From the sequence record NZ_CP019209.1: a DNA stretch of 64,000 nt; one strand, written 5' to 3'. Position numbers and translations under genes: made by a program. This stretch comes from a plasmid. Numbering within the stretch: position 1 is the first letter of the stretch; every line of letters starts with the position of its first letter. This document shows positions 19,180 to 35,259 of this stretch, in pieces. The notes beneath the pieces were generated by a model. It did not search any database. It was not told the origin of the DNA and was given only the letters and a program-made list of their open reading frames with translations.

Positions 19180-20112
19180 TTAGCGATTGATCGAGCGGCT
19201 AACGCAGTTGATGGTATGTCGCATTCCTCTAATTGCAACCGAGGTTTCGAAAATATTTTCTGCTGGTGCCAATCCCCCGTATCCAGCATCTCCAATATGT
19301 TGTAAATCAACACCACAACTTTTATTCATAATGGCTAATTGCCGCAATGTTTCTGGTCGGGCACTTTCCTGACTAGTACCGATTGCAGACATCGTTAACA
19401 AATCATATTTTTTTGCCAACCGAACCGCTTCAATTAGGTCTTGCTCTAAAAAGCCTGGGATAGACCCTACTGAAGGAACTAGTAAAATATCTGCGCCTGC
19501 TTCCGCATAAGAAATAATCGCCTCTTTATTCACAACTGGCTCTTCTGAGCCGGCGCTATGCATTTTCCCAGCAATAATCAATCCCGAAAAATACTTTTTT
19601 GCCATTTTTACGGATTTAGTAATTTCTAAATTGGTTACTCCAGTGCCTGGATTACCGGTAAAGCAAATAAAATCGACTCCTAGTTCTTCTGCTTTTTGTA
19701 TCGTTTCAACAGAGCTTGCTCTTCCTTGGCTGATTTCTACTTTCTCACTCATCATATTTGTTTTAGGGGCAATGGGTTCTAAATTAATTCCCACAGGACG
19801 ACCGACTAGTTCTTTTAATTTAGGAATCGGGTTTTCAATCGTTTGCTGTAGATCAAAAACCTTCTCAATCGTCACATTTGGTAGTCCAAAAACTGCAGGA
19901 CGATAACAATCGAAACCATTTAAAAGAATCAAATCTGCACCAAATGCTGACGCAACTTCTGCATTCGTAATTTCTCCAGATTGTGGAAGAGTATTAGCAA
20001 CCGTTTCACAAACAATCACCCGTCCTTCACTCGCTTTGATGGATTGCTTCAACTCTTTTGACGTCATTTTCTTGACATCACTGTAGTTTGCACTAATTAA
20101 TCTCTTGACCAT
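19180..20112 (-). CDS. Hypothetical protein (310 aa), alternating beta/alpha pattern suggests a TIM-barrel sugar-phosphate enzyme; last gene of the hyl operon
   Basis: Full ORF co-directional with the glycoside hydrolases. I recognise no diagnostic motif. Confidence 0.45.
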   Translation of the reverse strand: MVKRLISANYSDVKKMTSKELKQSIKASEGRVIVCETVANTLPQSGEITNAEVASAFGADLILLNGFDCYRPAVFGLPNVTIEKVFDLQQTIENPIPKLKELVGRPVGINLEPIAPKTNMMSEKVEISQGRASSVETIQKAEELGVDFICFTGNPGTGVTNLEITKSVKMAKKYFSGLIIAGKMHSAGSEEPVVNKEAIISYAEAGADILLVPSVGSIPGFLEQDLIEAVRLAKKYDLLTMSAIGTSQESARPETLRQLAIMNKSCGVDLQHIGDAGYGGLAPAENIFETSVAIRGMRHTINCVSRSINR

Positions 20113-20151
20113 TTTGTTCTCCTTTTTCTTGCTTTTTATTTTTTAAGATAT

Positions 20152-24797
<4,646 letters not shown>

Positions 24798-24918
24798 TCA
24801 CTTCCTACTTTTTTTCTCTTCTTAATAAAAGAGTTAGTGGTAAGCTACTTATGAATAGAAAACGAACCACTTTCCCATTAGATGAGCAAGTGGTCCGTTC
24901 AACGGGAAGATTCCTTCG

Positions 24919-26883
24919 TTAATTGTAGCCTGACACCGAGCTTTGCCGATAATTAAAGCCAGAAATTTCAAGCGGCACTTGATATTGACAAAACGGTAAT
25001 CGTTCTTCCAAAAGCTCCTCTAGGGCATCTTGCCCCTGAAGATGATTTTTAATACGACGCGCAACGGTTTTCAGACGATGAGCTAATGCAGCATATCGTT
25101 GTTCTAATACTTCCCAACCATAGGTTTTGTATGTTTGATACCAAATTATTTCATGAATAGATGCCAATTCATTTACTCGATTGGCTAGTGCTTCACACCG
25201 ATTCGCTAATTCCATTAATCCTGCAAGGTCTTCTACCAGACAGCAGTGTTGTAAATAGATGCCTAGTTCTGCCTTTTGTGCTAAAATTTCAGCTAAAAGT
25301 ATATATCGTTGACGAATAGTTGTTAAAATTGGTTGTTTTGGATTCCAATTTTTATTCATATCTAATTTCTGAGCTAACTCATGATAATAAGTACCAATTG
25401 TTCTAGTGGCAATTTTGTTATGAGCGGCTACATGAAAGTCATATATACCAACTAACGGATCTTGCCAAAGTAGCAGTTTACTCACGGAAGCCATTTGTAA
25501 GTTGTTATTTGTAATGGTATCCACTTCATCGAAATATCGTAATTCGGACATTAATTGATAACTACCTGTTCCTAATAAACGATCGTAGATTTCCTCAAAA
25601 TCATTCCACTCTTCTTCAGAATAGACATAATCTGCTAATTTTAATGCCCCAATTAAGGAATGCCAATGCTCTGTTTCCTGCCCTTCATCTCCCCAAGTAG
25701 TTAACATCACAGAACGTACACCTTTATTTTTAGAAGCTTTTACAGCTGCAGAAACAATTGCTTCTGTTTTCCCATGATTCGGGGCTAGTCTCCCCCAGAT
25801 ATGGGCACCACTAGCTAAAACGTAATGATCAATGTCACAAAATTTCAAATGGTTATCAATTACTTTCTCATAGGAGGAAACTTCATCTGAACCATAGTCC
25901 CAATGAACATAGGTTAATCCTGCTGGTAATCCTTTAGCTGCTAATGCTTTGAGTTTAAAATCAGGATTGTAATACCTATCTTTACCGGTTTCATCTAATA
26001 GCTTATAAATGAAATCACTCCAAATCATTGGTTTCATCTTATATTTATCAACAATTGATAACACACGGTCCATATGTTGAATCATTAAAGTTGTCCGATC
26101 ACAATACCCATACAGGCTTAAATATCGTCCCAGACCTGCTTGATAGGCTTCATCCATTCCCAAATGAATACGCTCTGTCTGATACATTTCTTTGCAGGCA
26201 ATAATCATCTTTTCGATTGCCGCATAAACCTTTTCTTCACCGATCAGTAGAGTATTTTGATCATCCATCAGTTCTTGTTGAGCATACCACTTCAAAAATT
26301 GGGTCAAGTGAGCAAGGGTCTGGATCGATGGAACTACTTCTATGCCAAAACCAGAAGCAAATTCAACAATTTCATTCACTTCTTCTTTTGTATACGCTCC
26401 GCGAAGGTAACCAAAATATGGAAGGTCTTCTACTTCATAGGTATCTTCTGTGTAAATATACAATGTGTTGTACCCCATCAACGCTAAGTAAGAAATGAAT
26501 TTTTTTAGAGTCTCTTTATTCATCACGCCATTACGAGAAGCATCTAATGAATAACTGGTCTCAATGATCGAGGTTTCTTCAATGTATGGCATCTCTCCTC
26601 CTTGAGCTAAAAAACGTGGAAGGCAGATAAACAATCCTCGATACAGCAAGTCTTCATGTGAATAAGACAAGCAAATTCGTTGCTGCTCATTTTTAGTAAT
26701 CTTGATTTGTCGCACATTAGCCTTTGTGTCAGTAAAAATCAAGTCTATTTGTTCTTCATCTTTTTGTGTCAATGGAATCTCAAGTTGCTGGATAAAGGCT
26801 ATATTAGCTACTTGTTTATCAGTTAACTTCATAGAAAGAAATACTCCTTTTTGTGAAAAAATTAGTGCGATTGTATCTGACAA
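24919..26883 (-). CDS. GH20 beta-N-acetylhexosaminidase (654 aa ORF; start may be the internal MKLTDKQ)
   Basis: GH20 catalytic motif HLGMDEA (H-x-G-x-D-E) and a TIM-barrel pattern. Confidence 0.75.
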   Translation of the reverse strand: MSDTIALIFSQKGVFLSMKLTDKQVANIAFIQQLEIPLTQKDEEQIDLIFTDTKANVRQIKITKNEQQRICLSYSHEDLLYRGLFICLPRFLAQGGEMPYIEETSIIETSYSLDASRNGVMNKETLKKFISYLALMGYNTLYIYTEDTYEVEDLPYFGYLRGAYTKEEVNEIVEFASGFGIEVVPSIQTLAHLTQFLKWYAQQELMDDQNTLLIGEEKVYAAIEKMIIACKEMYQTERIHLGMDEAYQAGLGRYLSLYGYCDRTTLMIQHMDRVLSIVDKYKMKPMIWSDFIYKLLDETGKDRYYNPDFKLKALAAKGLPAGLTYVHWDYGSDEVSSYEKVIDNHLKFCDIDHYVLASGAHIWGRLAPNHGKTEAIVSAAVKASKNKGVRSVMLTTWGDEGQETEHWHSLIGALKLADYVYSEEEWNDFEEIYDRLLGTGSYQLMSELRYFDEVDTITNNNLQMASVSKLLLWQDPLVGIYDFHVAAHNKIATRTIGTYYHELAQKLDMNKNWNPKQPILTTIRQRYILLAEILAQKAELGIYLQHCCLVEDLAGLMELANRCEALANRVNELASIHEIIWYQTYKTYGWEVLEQRYAALAHRLKTVARRIKNHLQGQDALEELLEERLPFCQYQVPLEISGFNYRQSSVSGYN

Positions 26884-27473
26884 GGCAACTTTGCTAACGC
26901 TCTTTCAGTTAATTTACTAATCAATATTACCGTTACAGCTGTTCCGCCAAACAGAAAAATCACAGGCAAAATCATCAATATTCGGAAATAAATTCCAAGC
27001 ACCAAGCCTTGCATGACTACCGTTGGCAACATCGTTGCTGTGAAAAGCAAATAGTCAATCAGTCGGTCTCCCATCATCCACAACCCAAGACTTTTGATCA
27101 CGACCCAATTCAACATTGCAAAGACTAGGAACAGTGTAATTACCGATAATAATGTACTTAATAAATAAAACAATGGTGCGCTTTGCTGCCAACAAAGCCA
27201 GATCGTAGTAATATTGCCGGCCAACAACAAAGTTGCTGACCAGCAATATAGATTATATCTAACAAAATTTTTCTTATAGATTTTACTCATGAACTTCACA
27301 GACTCTTGCAAGCCATATTTTTTTCGATTCACAACGCCAGCAATCAAAGCTATCGTAGCAGGGAAAAAACCTAAAATTCCAAATCCTAAACAAATTAGTA
27401 TAAAATAAGTAAAGTTTAGTAACAACAATTGAAAAACCCAATTAAATCCTTTGGTCCATTTGTTTTCGTTCAT
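26862..27473 (-). CDS. YesL-like (DUF624) membrane protein
   Basis: 203 aa with ~6 TM; this family typically accompanies LplABC/YesOPQ-type sugar ABC loci. Confidence 0.6.
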   Translation of the reverse strand: MNENKWTKGFNWVFQLLLLNFTYFILICLGFGILGFFPATIALIAGVVNRKKYGLQESVKFMSKIYKKNFVRYNLYCWSATLLLAGNITTIWLCWQQSAPLFYLLSTLLSVITLFLVFAMLNWVVIKSLGLWMMGDRLIDYLLFTATMLPTVVMQGLVLGIYFRILMILPVIFLFGGTAVTVILISKLTERALAKLPCQIQSH

Positions 27474-27523
27474 TTGAATCCCCCCACTAACTGCTTAGTC
27501 TATTCTTTTCATTTAGTAAAAAA

Positions 27524-28996
27524 TTATTTGTTAGATTTTCGCCATTCATCGTATTGTTCTTGAGCAGATGCCTGAATTTTATCCAATCCAGCTTTTTCTA
27601 GTTTTTCTAACAACTCTGGTACATATTGTTCAGGGTCAACTGTTCCCGAGCTTAAAAGTACTTCATATTGTGACACGATATTTTGTACACTTGCAATTTC
27701 TGTTCGAAAATCAGAAGCGTCAAAAGAGAAACCTAAAATAGGAGACATCGGTGCTTCATTTTGAAACTTTTTACTTTCTTCTTCTAGTTTTTTACTTTCT
27801 TCTGTAATCGGTGAAGTTTTTGAAACTAGATAAGTATTTACCAATGCCCAAGCGCCTTGATAATAATCATCAGAGTTTGTTAAAGTAATCGAACCATCTT
27901 CATTGCGATCATAGTGTTTTCCTTCAATTCCATAAACCATTAAATCCGCTACTTCTTGATTGGTATTCACATAATTCAACAATTTCAAGGCTGCTTCCGG
28001 ATGTTTACTTGAAGCAGATACCGCATGCATTGCCACTCTTGCAAATCCAGTCGTTTTAAAAGCTTTTCCAGCTGGTTTTAAAATTAATCCATGTCCCGCT
28101 AGAGCTTCTAATTTTTTTTGTGCTAATGGTTGATAACCACTTGAGTTACGACCTAAAAACCAGTTTTTACTATCAATTCGAAATGGATCTGTCGTAACAG
28201 TGGCTGCATCTTTCAAAATATATCCTTTTTTATAAAACTCATGCATAGCCTTCAAATAAGTCATCATTTCTGGAGTCTCATAAGTATTAACAACTGTTTG
28301 TGTATCGCCTTCAAATGCAACCGCTAGCGGTACACCACCACCGATAATATTGTCATAAGGAATACAGACACTGGTACGGGTCATACCGATTGGCGTAATA
28401 TTCGTATCAGTATTTTTTTCTGCAAACTTTTCTAATACTGGAGCCAATGTTTCTACACCTTCAACATTCTCTACATCCAATTGGTATTGATCTACCAAAT
28501 CTTTATTAAAGGTCCAATATTCCGTTGTGGCAATATCGTTATTGACTGGCAATCCATAAGTTTCGCCATTAATTGCCCCACCTTCAATAAATCCTTCATT
28601 CAATTCAGCTGCATAATCTTTCAACTCTTTATCCAAATGATCGTTGAGACTAATGAAAGCACCTTTGTTCCCATAATTCACATAATCTGTGCCATTGACG
28701 AAACAAATATCATATTCTTCTCCTGAATTGATCATCACACCAAGCTTTTGCTGATAATCCCCGTCCGGAATCAGCCGCATATCCAACTCTACATTGATTT
28801 CTTCCTTTAATTTTTCGTTGACTTTTGTCATGACCTCATCAAAATCTTTGGGTTCTTCTCCAACCTGATACCAAGTAACTTTTGTGGTTCCTGTTTCATT
28901 ATTTGCTTCGCCATTACTGCTACCACAAGCACCTAATAGGCCAAGGGTTAGTACAGAAGCACCACCAATCAAATATTTCTGCATGTTCTTTTTCAT
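27524..28996 (-). CDS. Extracellular solute-binding lipoprotein of a carbohydrate ABC transporter (LplA/YtcQ-like, 490 aa)
   Basis: Lipoprotein signal LGLLGACGSS and a large family-1 SBP. Confidence 0.8.
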   Translation of the reverse strand: MKKNMQKYLIGGASVLTLGLLGACGSSNGEANNETGTTKVTWYQVGEEPKDFDEVMTKVNEKLKEEINVELDMRLIPDGDYQQKLGVMINSGEEYDICFVNGTDYVNYGNKGAFISLNDHLDKELKDYAAELNEGFIEGGAINGETYGLPVNNDIATTEYWTFNKDLVDQYQLDVENVEGVETLAPVLEKFAEKNTDTNITPIGMTRTSVCIPYDNIIGGGVPLAVAFEGDTQTVVNTYETPEMMTYLKAMHEFYKKGYILKDAATVTTDPFRIDSKNWFLGRNSSGYQPLAQKKLEALAGHGLILKPAGKAFKTTGFARVAMHAVSASSKHPEAALKLLNYVNTNQEVADLMVYGIEGKHYDRNEDGSITLTNSDDYYQGAWALVNTYLVSKTSPITEESKKLEEESKKFQNEAPMSPILGFSFDASDFRTEIASVQNIVSQYEVLLSSGTVDPEQYVPELLEKLEKAGLDKIQASAQEQYDEWRKSNK

Positions 28997-29019
28997 CTTT
29001 TAACATCTCCTATTCTTTT

Positions 29020-29931
29020 TTATTCTTTCACTCCACCGATCGTCAATCCTTGAACAAAGTATTTTTGGAAGAACGGATAAACAATTGCAATCGGTAAAGT
29101 AGCTACTACGACCATTGCCATTCGTGTTGATTCTTGAGGAAGGCTATTTTGAATTGCTTGTTGCTGCGCTAATGTAATGTCATTATTATTTGCTAAGAAT
29201 TCCATTGAATTTTGAATCTTCATTAACAAATATTGCAATGGAATCAATTTGTTGGTGTCAATATACAGCAATGCGTTGAACCAGTCATTCCAATAACCTA
29301 AGCTTGAAAATAAACCTATTGTTGCAACCCCTGGGATCGCTAAAGGCAAAACGATTTGGAAAAAAACTCGAAACTCACTACAGCCATCCATTTTAGCGGA
29401 TTCGATAATCGATTCTGGAATCGACTTCTTAAAGAATGTCCTTAAAATAATGACATTGTATGGGCTAAAAGCAAGAGGTAGAATCAAAGCCCAAATTGTA
29501 TTTTTTAAGCCAAGCATCTTCGTCATCACTAAGTAAGAAGGAACCATCCCTCCCGCAAATAACATGGTAAAAAAAAGATAAAAAGTAAAGAACTTCCGGT
29601 AAGGGAAAGAGGCTCTTGATAAAACATAAGCATAGGTTCCCGTCATAAAAACAGTAATCAACGTTCCAATCACTGTAATCATAATTGTAACGCCTAATGA
29701 CCGAAGTAACTGTCCGCCATCTTGTATTAAGTATTGATATGCATCAGTGCTCCATTGAGCCGGCAATAATTCGTAACCGTTGAGTTGTAATGCTTTTTCA
29801 TCTGTTAATGAAATGACGATTACGAAAATAAAGGGAAAAATACAGCTAAGAGTAAATAAGATTAGTAATATTGTGAAAAACCGTTCGACTGGCAGCGAAA
29901 AGTACATCTGCCGTTTTAATTTTGATATCAT
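29020..29931 (-). CDS. Carbohydrate ABC transporter permease (LplC/YtcP-like)
   Basis: 6-TM MalG-like permease with an EAA loop region. Confidence 0.8.
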   Translation of the reverse strand: MISKLKRQMYFSLPVERFFTILLILFTLSCIFPFIFVIVISLTDEKALQLNGYELLPAQWSTDAYQYLIQDGGQLLRSLGVTIMITVIGTLITVFMTGTYAYVLSRASFPYRKFFTFYLFFTMLFAGGMVPSYLVMTKMLGLKNTIWALILPLAFSPYNVIILRTFFKKSIPESIIESAKMDGCSEFRVFFQIVLPLAIPGVATIGLFSSLGYWNDWFNALLYIDTNKLIPLQYLLMKIQNSMEFLANNNDITLAQQQAIQNSLPQESTRMAMVVVATLPIAIVYPFFQKYFVQGLTIGGVKE

Positions 29932-29942
29932 TTTGATTCCTC

Positions 29943-30881
29943 CTAAAATAGTGCTGAACTAGGATCTAACTTGTTGACTATCTTATTAGTAATCAAAATC
30001 AAGACAAAGCCAACTGATGACTGATATAATCCCGCTGCCGTAGACATTCCGATATCTCCGCTATTCATTAATCCACGGTAGACATAAGTATCTAATACAT
30101 TCGTCACATCATAAAGAGCCCCCGAATTTCTTGGCAATTGATAAAACAATCCAAAATCAGCTCGAAAAATACTACCAACAGACAAAATCAACATAATGAC
30201 AATAATCGATCTTAAATGTGGCAAGACTACATTCCTTATCTGTTGCCATTTACTGGCACCATCAACTAAAGCAGCTTCATAATAACTAGTATCGATCCCC
30301 ATAATTGACGCGTAATAAATGATGGATCCATAACCTACGCCTTTCCATAAACTCGTAAAAACAATAATAAAAGGCCAGTACTTCGGTTCACTATACCAAT
30401 TTATGGGTTCCACACCAAAATTGCTTAGTAAAATATTAATTAATCCTTTATCCGTACTCAAAAATGCGTAAACAAAGTAACTGATGACTACCCATGATAA
30501 AAAATTAGGAAAAATCATAAATGTCTGCATCTTTTTCAATAACCGTTTGTTCGCCATTTGGCTCAGAATGATTGCTAATGACACTGTACAAAAAGTACTT
30601 AGCAAAATACCTACAACGTTATAAACAACCGTATTGCGAGTAATGATCCAAGCATCTTGCGAAGCAAAGAGATATTTGAAATTTTCCCAGCCAACCCAAG
30701 GACTGTTGAACAAACTTGTAAAGAATCCCCTTGATGAAATTCTGAAATCTTTAAAAGCGATTACAACTCCAAACATTGGTATATAGCAAAATATAAATAA
30801 CCATAACGCACCTGGTAAAAGCATAATAAACAATGCTCGGTTTTTTTTTAGATTTCCTAATAACCCTTTCTTTAGCTTCAT
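29943..30881 (-). CDS. Carbohydrate ABC transporter permease (LplB-like)
   Basis: 6-TM MalF-like permease; first gene of the minus-strand transporter operon. Confidence 0.8.
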   Translation of the reverse strand: MKLKKGLLGNLKKNRALFIMLLPGALWLFIFCYIPMFGVVIAFKDFRISSRGFFTSLFNSPWVGWENFKYLFASQDAWIITRNTVVYNVVGILLSTFCTVSLAIILSQMANKRLLKKMQTFMIFPNFLSWVVISYFVYAFLSTDKGLINILLSNFGVEPINWYSEPKYWPFIIVFTSLWKGVGYGSIIYYASIMGIDTSYYEAALVDGASKWQQIRNVVLPHLRSIIVIMLILSVGSIFRADFGLFYQLPRNSGALYDVTNVLDTYVYRGLMNSGDIGMSTAAGLYQSSVGFVLILITNKIVNKLDPSSALF

Positions 30882-31109
30882 TTTGTCTCTCCTCTCTCAG
30901 CGTTTCCTTGATTATACCCACTTGGTTAATCGCTTACATTAATTTTTTATACATTATTTTTAGTTTATTAAACCTCTACAATAGAATAGTTTTTAAACGG
31001 AAACTGTATTCACAATCATAAGTAGCCCTGTTTGCAAAGCGTTTACATCACTTGTAATATGTGCTATAATGATTCATAAAATTAGAGATTATCAAAATGA
31101 GGACTTTGA

Positions 31110-32684
31110 ATGAAAAACGATTTATCAAAAGTTATTATGCGTTTTACATACATATTGATTTTTTTTATTACTTTACTTGCCTGTTTCACATTGTTCTTTT
31201 CCTATATCAATGTGATTGAAAAAGAAAAAAATCAAAACCTGCAAAACATTCAGCAAATCACCCACTATATGGAAACATATAATCGTATTCTCTCCGGTAT
31301 CGTGACAGAGATCTATCAAAATTATGATTTCCAAGAAAACCTTAATGACTACTACCTCTCATCACCTGCTGAATACATGGAAGATATTTTGTCAAAGGAT
31401 CGCTCCCCTACCTATTTAGTAGATAACTTAAAAAAACTTGTGCAAGATGATGAAGTTAAAAATATATCTATCTCATTAGATTACGAAAAATACTTAAGTG
31501 CCTACGCACCTACAAAAAACGAAAAAATTTCTTTTATTCGTTCATTAAGTTTCATTAGTGAGGACATGCCCGATGCTACATTGATTCTAGACGTTTCGAT
31601 CAACGCGCTAAAAAAGAGTCTCTTTCCAACACATTACAATTATTCTTTGTCTAATGGTATTGATTCCGTCAATTTATCTGAAGACATCTCGCCTTCTAAA
31701 TGGAAAAAAACGCAACAGATAGCTATCGGTAACCACACATTACAAGTATATGAAAATCCAAATTATTCGTCACAAACCTTATTAGGTCTGGCAATCATGA
31801 TTTTCTTATTAATGAGTTTGTTTATTCTTGCTATTCATCAATTATTAAATAGAAGTTTTCGTAACTATATCCAGCAGTATCAGGAAATCATTACTTCCTT
31901 AAATCATTCATCTACAGGAGACTACAAGTCAATCAATATCGAAAACAAAGTCGGTGATTTGAAAGAAATCGCTATGCATATCAATCAGTTTTATTTAGAT
32001 AATGCTACATATCAAAAAACACTTTATGAAAATAATTGGTTGAAGCAAGAAGCAAAGTATGCAGCACTTCAATATCAAATCGAGCCTCATTTTCTATTTA
32101 ATAATTTGGAATTTATTCGAATGACTGCCATATTGAATGATGACGAAGAAATCAGCGACAGTATATATTTATTGAGCAAGTTGTATCGCAATAATACATA
32201 TCAGCCCGACATAATTGATTTGAAAGAGGAATTAATTAATATCGACCTCTCCTTGCAACTACATCAACGTCGTTATCGACATAACTTTGACTATCAGCTG
32301 ATTGATCATATTGATCAATTAATGTTACCAAAACTTTCTTTACAGCCATTTGTTGAAAATTATATTAAACACGGCTTCGATTCATCAAAAAAGGAAAATC
32401 GTTTGACTGTCTATGCAACTGAAACAACCAACCATTATGTGTTAAAAATCGTTGAAAATGGGAAAGGAATGGACCAAGACAAGCTGGAGCATATTCAACA
32501 AAAACTTAATGATGATATTCCTTATAGTGAGAATATCGGCATCTCAAATTCTTTTCGACGTATAAAGCATCTCTATCCTGGAGATACACGTTTTGTTATA
32601 GAAAGCCAACTACACGTCGGAACAACGATTACTATCAAAATACAAAAAGGGGGGAATATGCATGTTGAGAATTGCAATTGTTGA
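31110..32684 (+). CDS. YesM-like sensor histidine kinase (524 aa)
   Basis: Two TM flanking a ~200-aa extracytoplasmic domain, His_kinase (LFNNLEFIR) and HATPase_c domains; divergent from the ABC operon. Confidence 0.8.
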   Translation: MKNDLSKVIMRFTYILIFFITLLACFTLFFSYINVIEKEKNQNLQNIQQITHYMETYNRILSGIVTEIYQNYDFQENLNDYYLSSPAEYMEDILSKDRSPTYLVDNLKKLVQDDEVKNISISLDYEKYLSAYAPTKNEKISFIRSLSFISEDMPDATLILDVSINALKKSLFPTHYNYSLSNGIDSVNLSEDISPSKWKKTQQIAIGNHTLQVYENPNYSSQTLLGLAIMIFLLMSLFILAIHQLLNRSFRNYIQQYQEIITSLNHSSTGDYKSINIENKVGDLKEIAMHINQFYLDNATYQKTLYENNWLKQEAKYAALQYQIEPHFLFNNLEFIRMTAILNDDEEISDSIYLLSKLYRNNTYQPDIIDLKEELINIDLSLQLHQRRYRHNFDYQLIDHIDQLMLPKLSLQPFVENYIKHGFDSSKKENRLTVYATETTNHYVLKIVENGKGMDQDKLEHIQQKLNDDIPYSENIGISNSFRRIKHLYPGDTRFVIESQLHVGTTITIKIQKGGNMHVENCNC

Positions 32685-33390
32685 CGATGATTGTACAATT
32701 GTAGAAGGCATAAGGCATTATCTTTTGAAGAAAGTCCCCGACATCATTATCGATCACTGCTACACAGACGGAGACGAAGCATTTAAAAACCTGCAAAACC
32801 AGCGCTTTGATTTACTTATCACAGATATTACGATGGGGAAAATTTCTGGACTCGAATTAATCGAATCTTTGCAACAAACATCCAATCGCTACTTTACTAG
32901 TATTGTCATTAGTGCCCACCAAAATTTTCAGTATGCAAAAAAGGGGATTGATTTATCTATTAAAAGTTACATAACGAAACCCATTGATTTTCCTTATTTA
33001 GTTAAGTTAGTACAAGAAGAAAAAATGCGTAAATCAGCAGCTAATCAAAACTCTCTAACTGATGATTCTTTTAATGAGTCAATTCAACAAGTGATTGATT
33101 ACGTTCAAAACAATTATAGTGAAAAGCTTACGCTCAAAGATGTAGCTACACAATTCCATTACCATCCCGCTTATTTAGGACGGGCCTTCAAAAAAGAAAC
33201 AGGTTATTCCTTTCATGATTACTTGCTAGACTTTCGAATCAAAAGAGCAAGTGCTCTACTGAAAGACACATTCTTATCTATTGATGAAATTAGTCAAAAA
33301 GTAGGAATAGATCACGTGAGCTATTTTTCTGTTCTCTTCAAAAAAACTACTGGACACAGCCCCAGTAATTACCGTAAAAAGCTTCTATAA
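32662..33390 (+). CDS. YesN-like response regulator with an AraC-type HTH output (242 aa)
   Basis: Receiver domain (IAIVDDD...DLLITDITM) plus a C-terminal AraC HTH; overlaps the HK gene. Confidence 0.85.
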   Translation: MLRIAIVDDDCTIVEGIRHYLLKKVPDIIIDHCYTDGDEAFKNLQNQRFDLLITDITMGKISGLELIESLQQTSNRYFTSIVISAHQNFQYAKKGIDLSIKSYITKPIDFPYLVKLVQEEKMRKSAANQNSLTDDSFNESIQQVIDYVQNNYSEKLTLKDVATQFHYHPAYLGRAFKKETGYSFHDYLLDFRIKRASALLKDTFLSIDEISQKVGIDHVSYFSVLFKKTTGHSPSNYRKKLL

Positions 33391-33685
33391 TTTCTCAGAC
33401 GTGTTCATCTTCTAGTTATACTTATACAACAAGGAGCCATTGAAAAGTGGTGATTTTTGGCTATTAACCATTTAATGATGGTAGAGAAAAATACATTAGA
33501 ATATTTAATCAGATCCAGTTGAGCATAACGCATAGGATTTTCCTTATGTCTTCAACCCCCGCTGAGGTTGAGGAATATGGAAAAAACTACTATGCAAGTC
33601 GAGTGCAAAAATGGCGCTGAACTATTTAACTGAAATGAAAAAGGCTATTTTAGAAGATAGAATAAATGGATGTAGTTATTTAAAT

Positions 33686-35186
33686 AGGCTCTTCGTCAAA
33701 TCGTGTTGGTGAAGACAAATTTGAATAAAACTTAGTCCGATATGCGGCGCGTTCTGTGCGCCGCATATTTTTTTAGTTTTCAAAGATCAGACCTTGTTGT
33801 AAATAGATCCGTGCCCGAAAGTTATAAAAGTTGCGATAACCAAACGCAATTCGTTTAATCAGCTTGATCTTGTTATTCAGCCCCTCAGTGACGCCGTTTG
33901 AGTGGGACACCTTAAAGGCATTTGAAATACCCGATTGGTAGCAATGGAAGATCGTGAATTTCTTTTTAAACGACTGAGGTAACGTAGATGAAATTGTTTT
34001 AAGGGTTTCTTGAAAGCCTTCCGTACCTCGTTTAACGAAATAATAGCGTAATAATTGACAAAAATGATACGCAGTTCGCAATTCTTCGTTGTAGCTTAAC
34101 AGCTCATCAACGATTTCTGTTTGACTAATTGGTCGTTTAAACAGTCGATGATAATGCCGTTTGAGTGGCTCCCATGTCGTGGAATCTTTGAGTAAGAGTT
34201 TCCAATATCGCTTGAGCCGACGGTACTTCTTCTGATTTTCAGAGTGTGAGGTTCGAAAACGATTCATGATCTGGACACGTAATTGATTGAAGCTGCGATT
34301 GATGTGTTGGACAATATGAAAGCGGTCAGTTACGATCTCCGCATTTGGAAAGACTGTTTTAAGCAACTGACAATAGCTGGCATTCATGTCCATCACTAGG
34401 TACTTGACCTTTAAACGGGCTTTTCTAGGAAAGTGCAGGAAGTATTGAGTTAGTTTGTAAAGTCTGCGATCTTCAAGGATCGTAAATAGCTGATGGGTTG
34501 TCCCATCAACACAAATAAAACTCATGGAACCAGAAACAGACTTCATTGATTTGAACTCATCCATACACAACACCGTCGGAAGGAAGTTCATACGTGACTG
34601 GTAATGCTTCGTTGCTTCACGCAAGATCCGTGTCACCGTCCCATCCGAGACGAAGTACTTCTTAGCGATTAGTTTACGTGATTGATTTTCGTACAGTTCC
34701 ATGAGAATTGCCTGCTTCAGTTCCTTTGTTAGTTGATGATGTTCATCAACTAAGTCCGTTTTCGCAGAAAAGGTCCTTCCACAATCATGGCAGAGAAAAC
34801 GGGTACGTTTTAATTCTAAAATAGTTAACTTTTCTTTGACTTTCAATATCTGAGTGCGTGTCGTATAGGAACCGTTGCGGATAATACGAACCGATCGACA
34901 GTGTTCACAATAGGAAGGAGAGTCATCCAATTTTCCTTTAATAAACTGCGCTTGAACGCCTTTATATTCTTTTTCAATCAGCCATTCTTCATCAAAAAAT
35001 AAATGTTTATCTGTTAATCCGAGTAATTTTCTAGTATGATTATCCATTGAGAGACTCCTTTGGTAGGATGACGTTTTGGTCGACTAAATTTTACCAAAAG
35101 TGAGTCTCTTTTTGAGTTGAAACGAAGAAAAAGTGTTAGTAGAAAATCGCCTTCGATTTTCCACCAACACAAAATATTATAGAAGC
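33686..35186 (-). mobile_element. ISL3-family IS, second type (copy 2), inverted relative to the copy at 13435
   Basis: Same IRs as copy 1. Together the two copies bracket 14935..33685. Confidence 0.8.
33773..35047 (-). CDS. tnp: ISL3-family transposase (424 aa)
   Basis: Near-identical to the 13574..14848 ORF (a handful of substitutions). Confidence 0.9.
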   Translation of the reverse strand: MDNHTRKLLGLTDKHLFFDEEWLIEKEYKGVQAQFIKGKLDDSPSYCEHCRSVRIIRNGSYTTRTQILKVKEKLTILELKRTRFLCHDCGRTFSAKTDLVDEHHQLTKELKQAILMELYENQSRKLIAKKYFVSDGTVTRILREATKHYQSRMNFLPTVLCMDEFKSMKSVSGSMSFICVDGTTHQLFTILEDRRLYKLTQYFLHFPRKARLKVKYLVMDMNASYCQLLKTVFPNAEIVTDRFHIVQHINRSFNQLRVQIMNRFRTSHSENQKKYRRLKRYWKLLLKDSTTWEPLKRHYHRLFKRPISQTEIVDELLSYNEELRTAYHFCQLLRYYFVKRGTEGFQETLKTISSTLPQSFKKKFTIFHCYQSGISNAFKVSHSNGVTEGLNNKIKLIKRIAFGYRNFYNFRARIYLQQGLIFEN

Positions 35187-35259
35187 AAAATCAATTCTAC
35201 CTTAGATGTTCTTATATCACTCTATCAGTCCTATTTGACAAAGAGCCAAGAAAAAGACG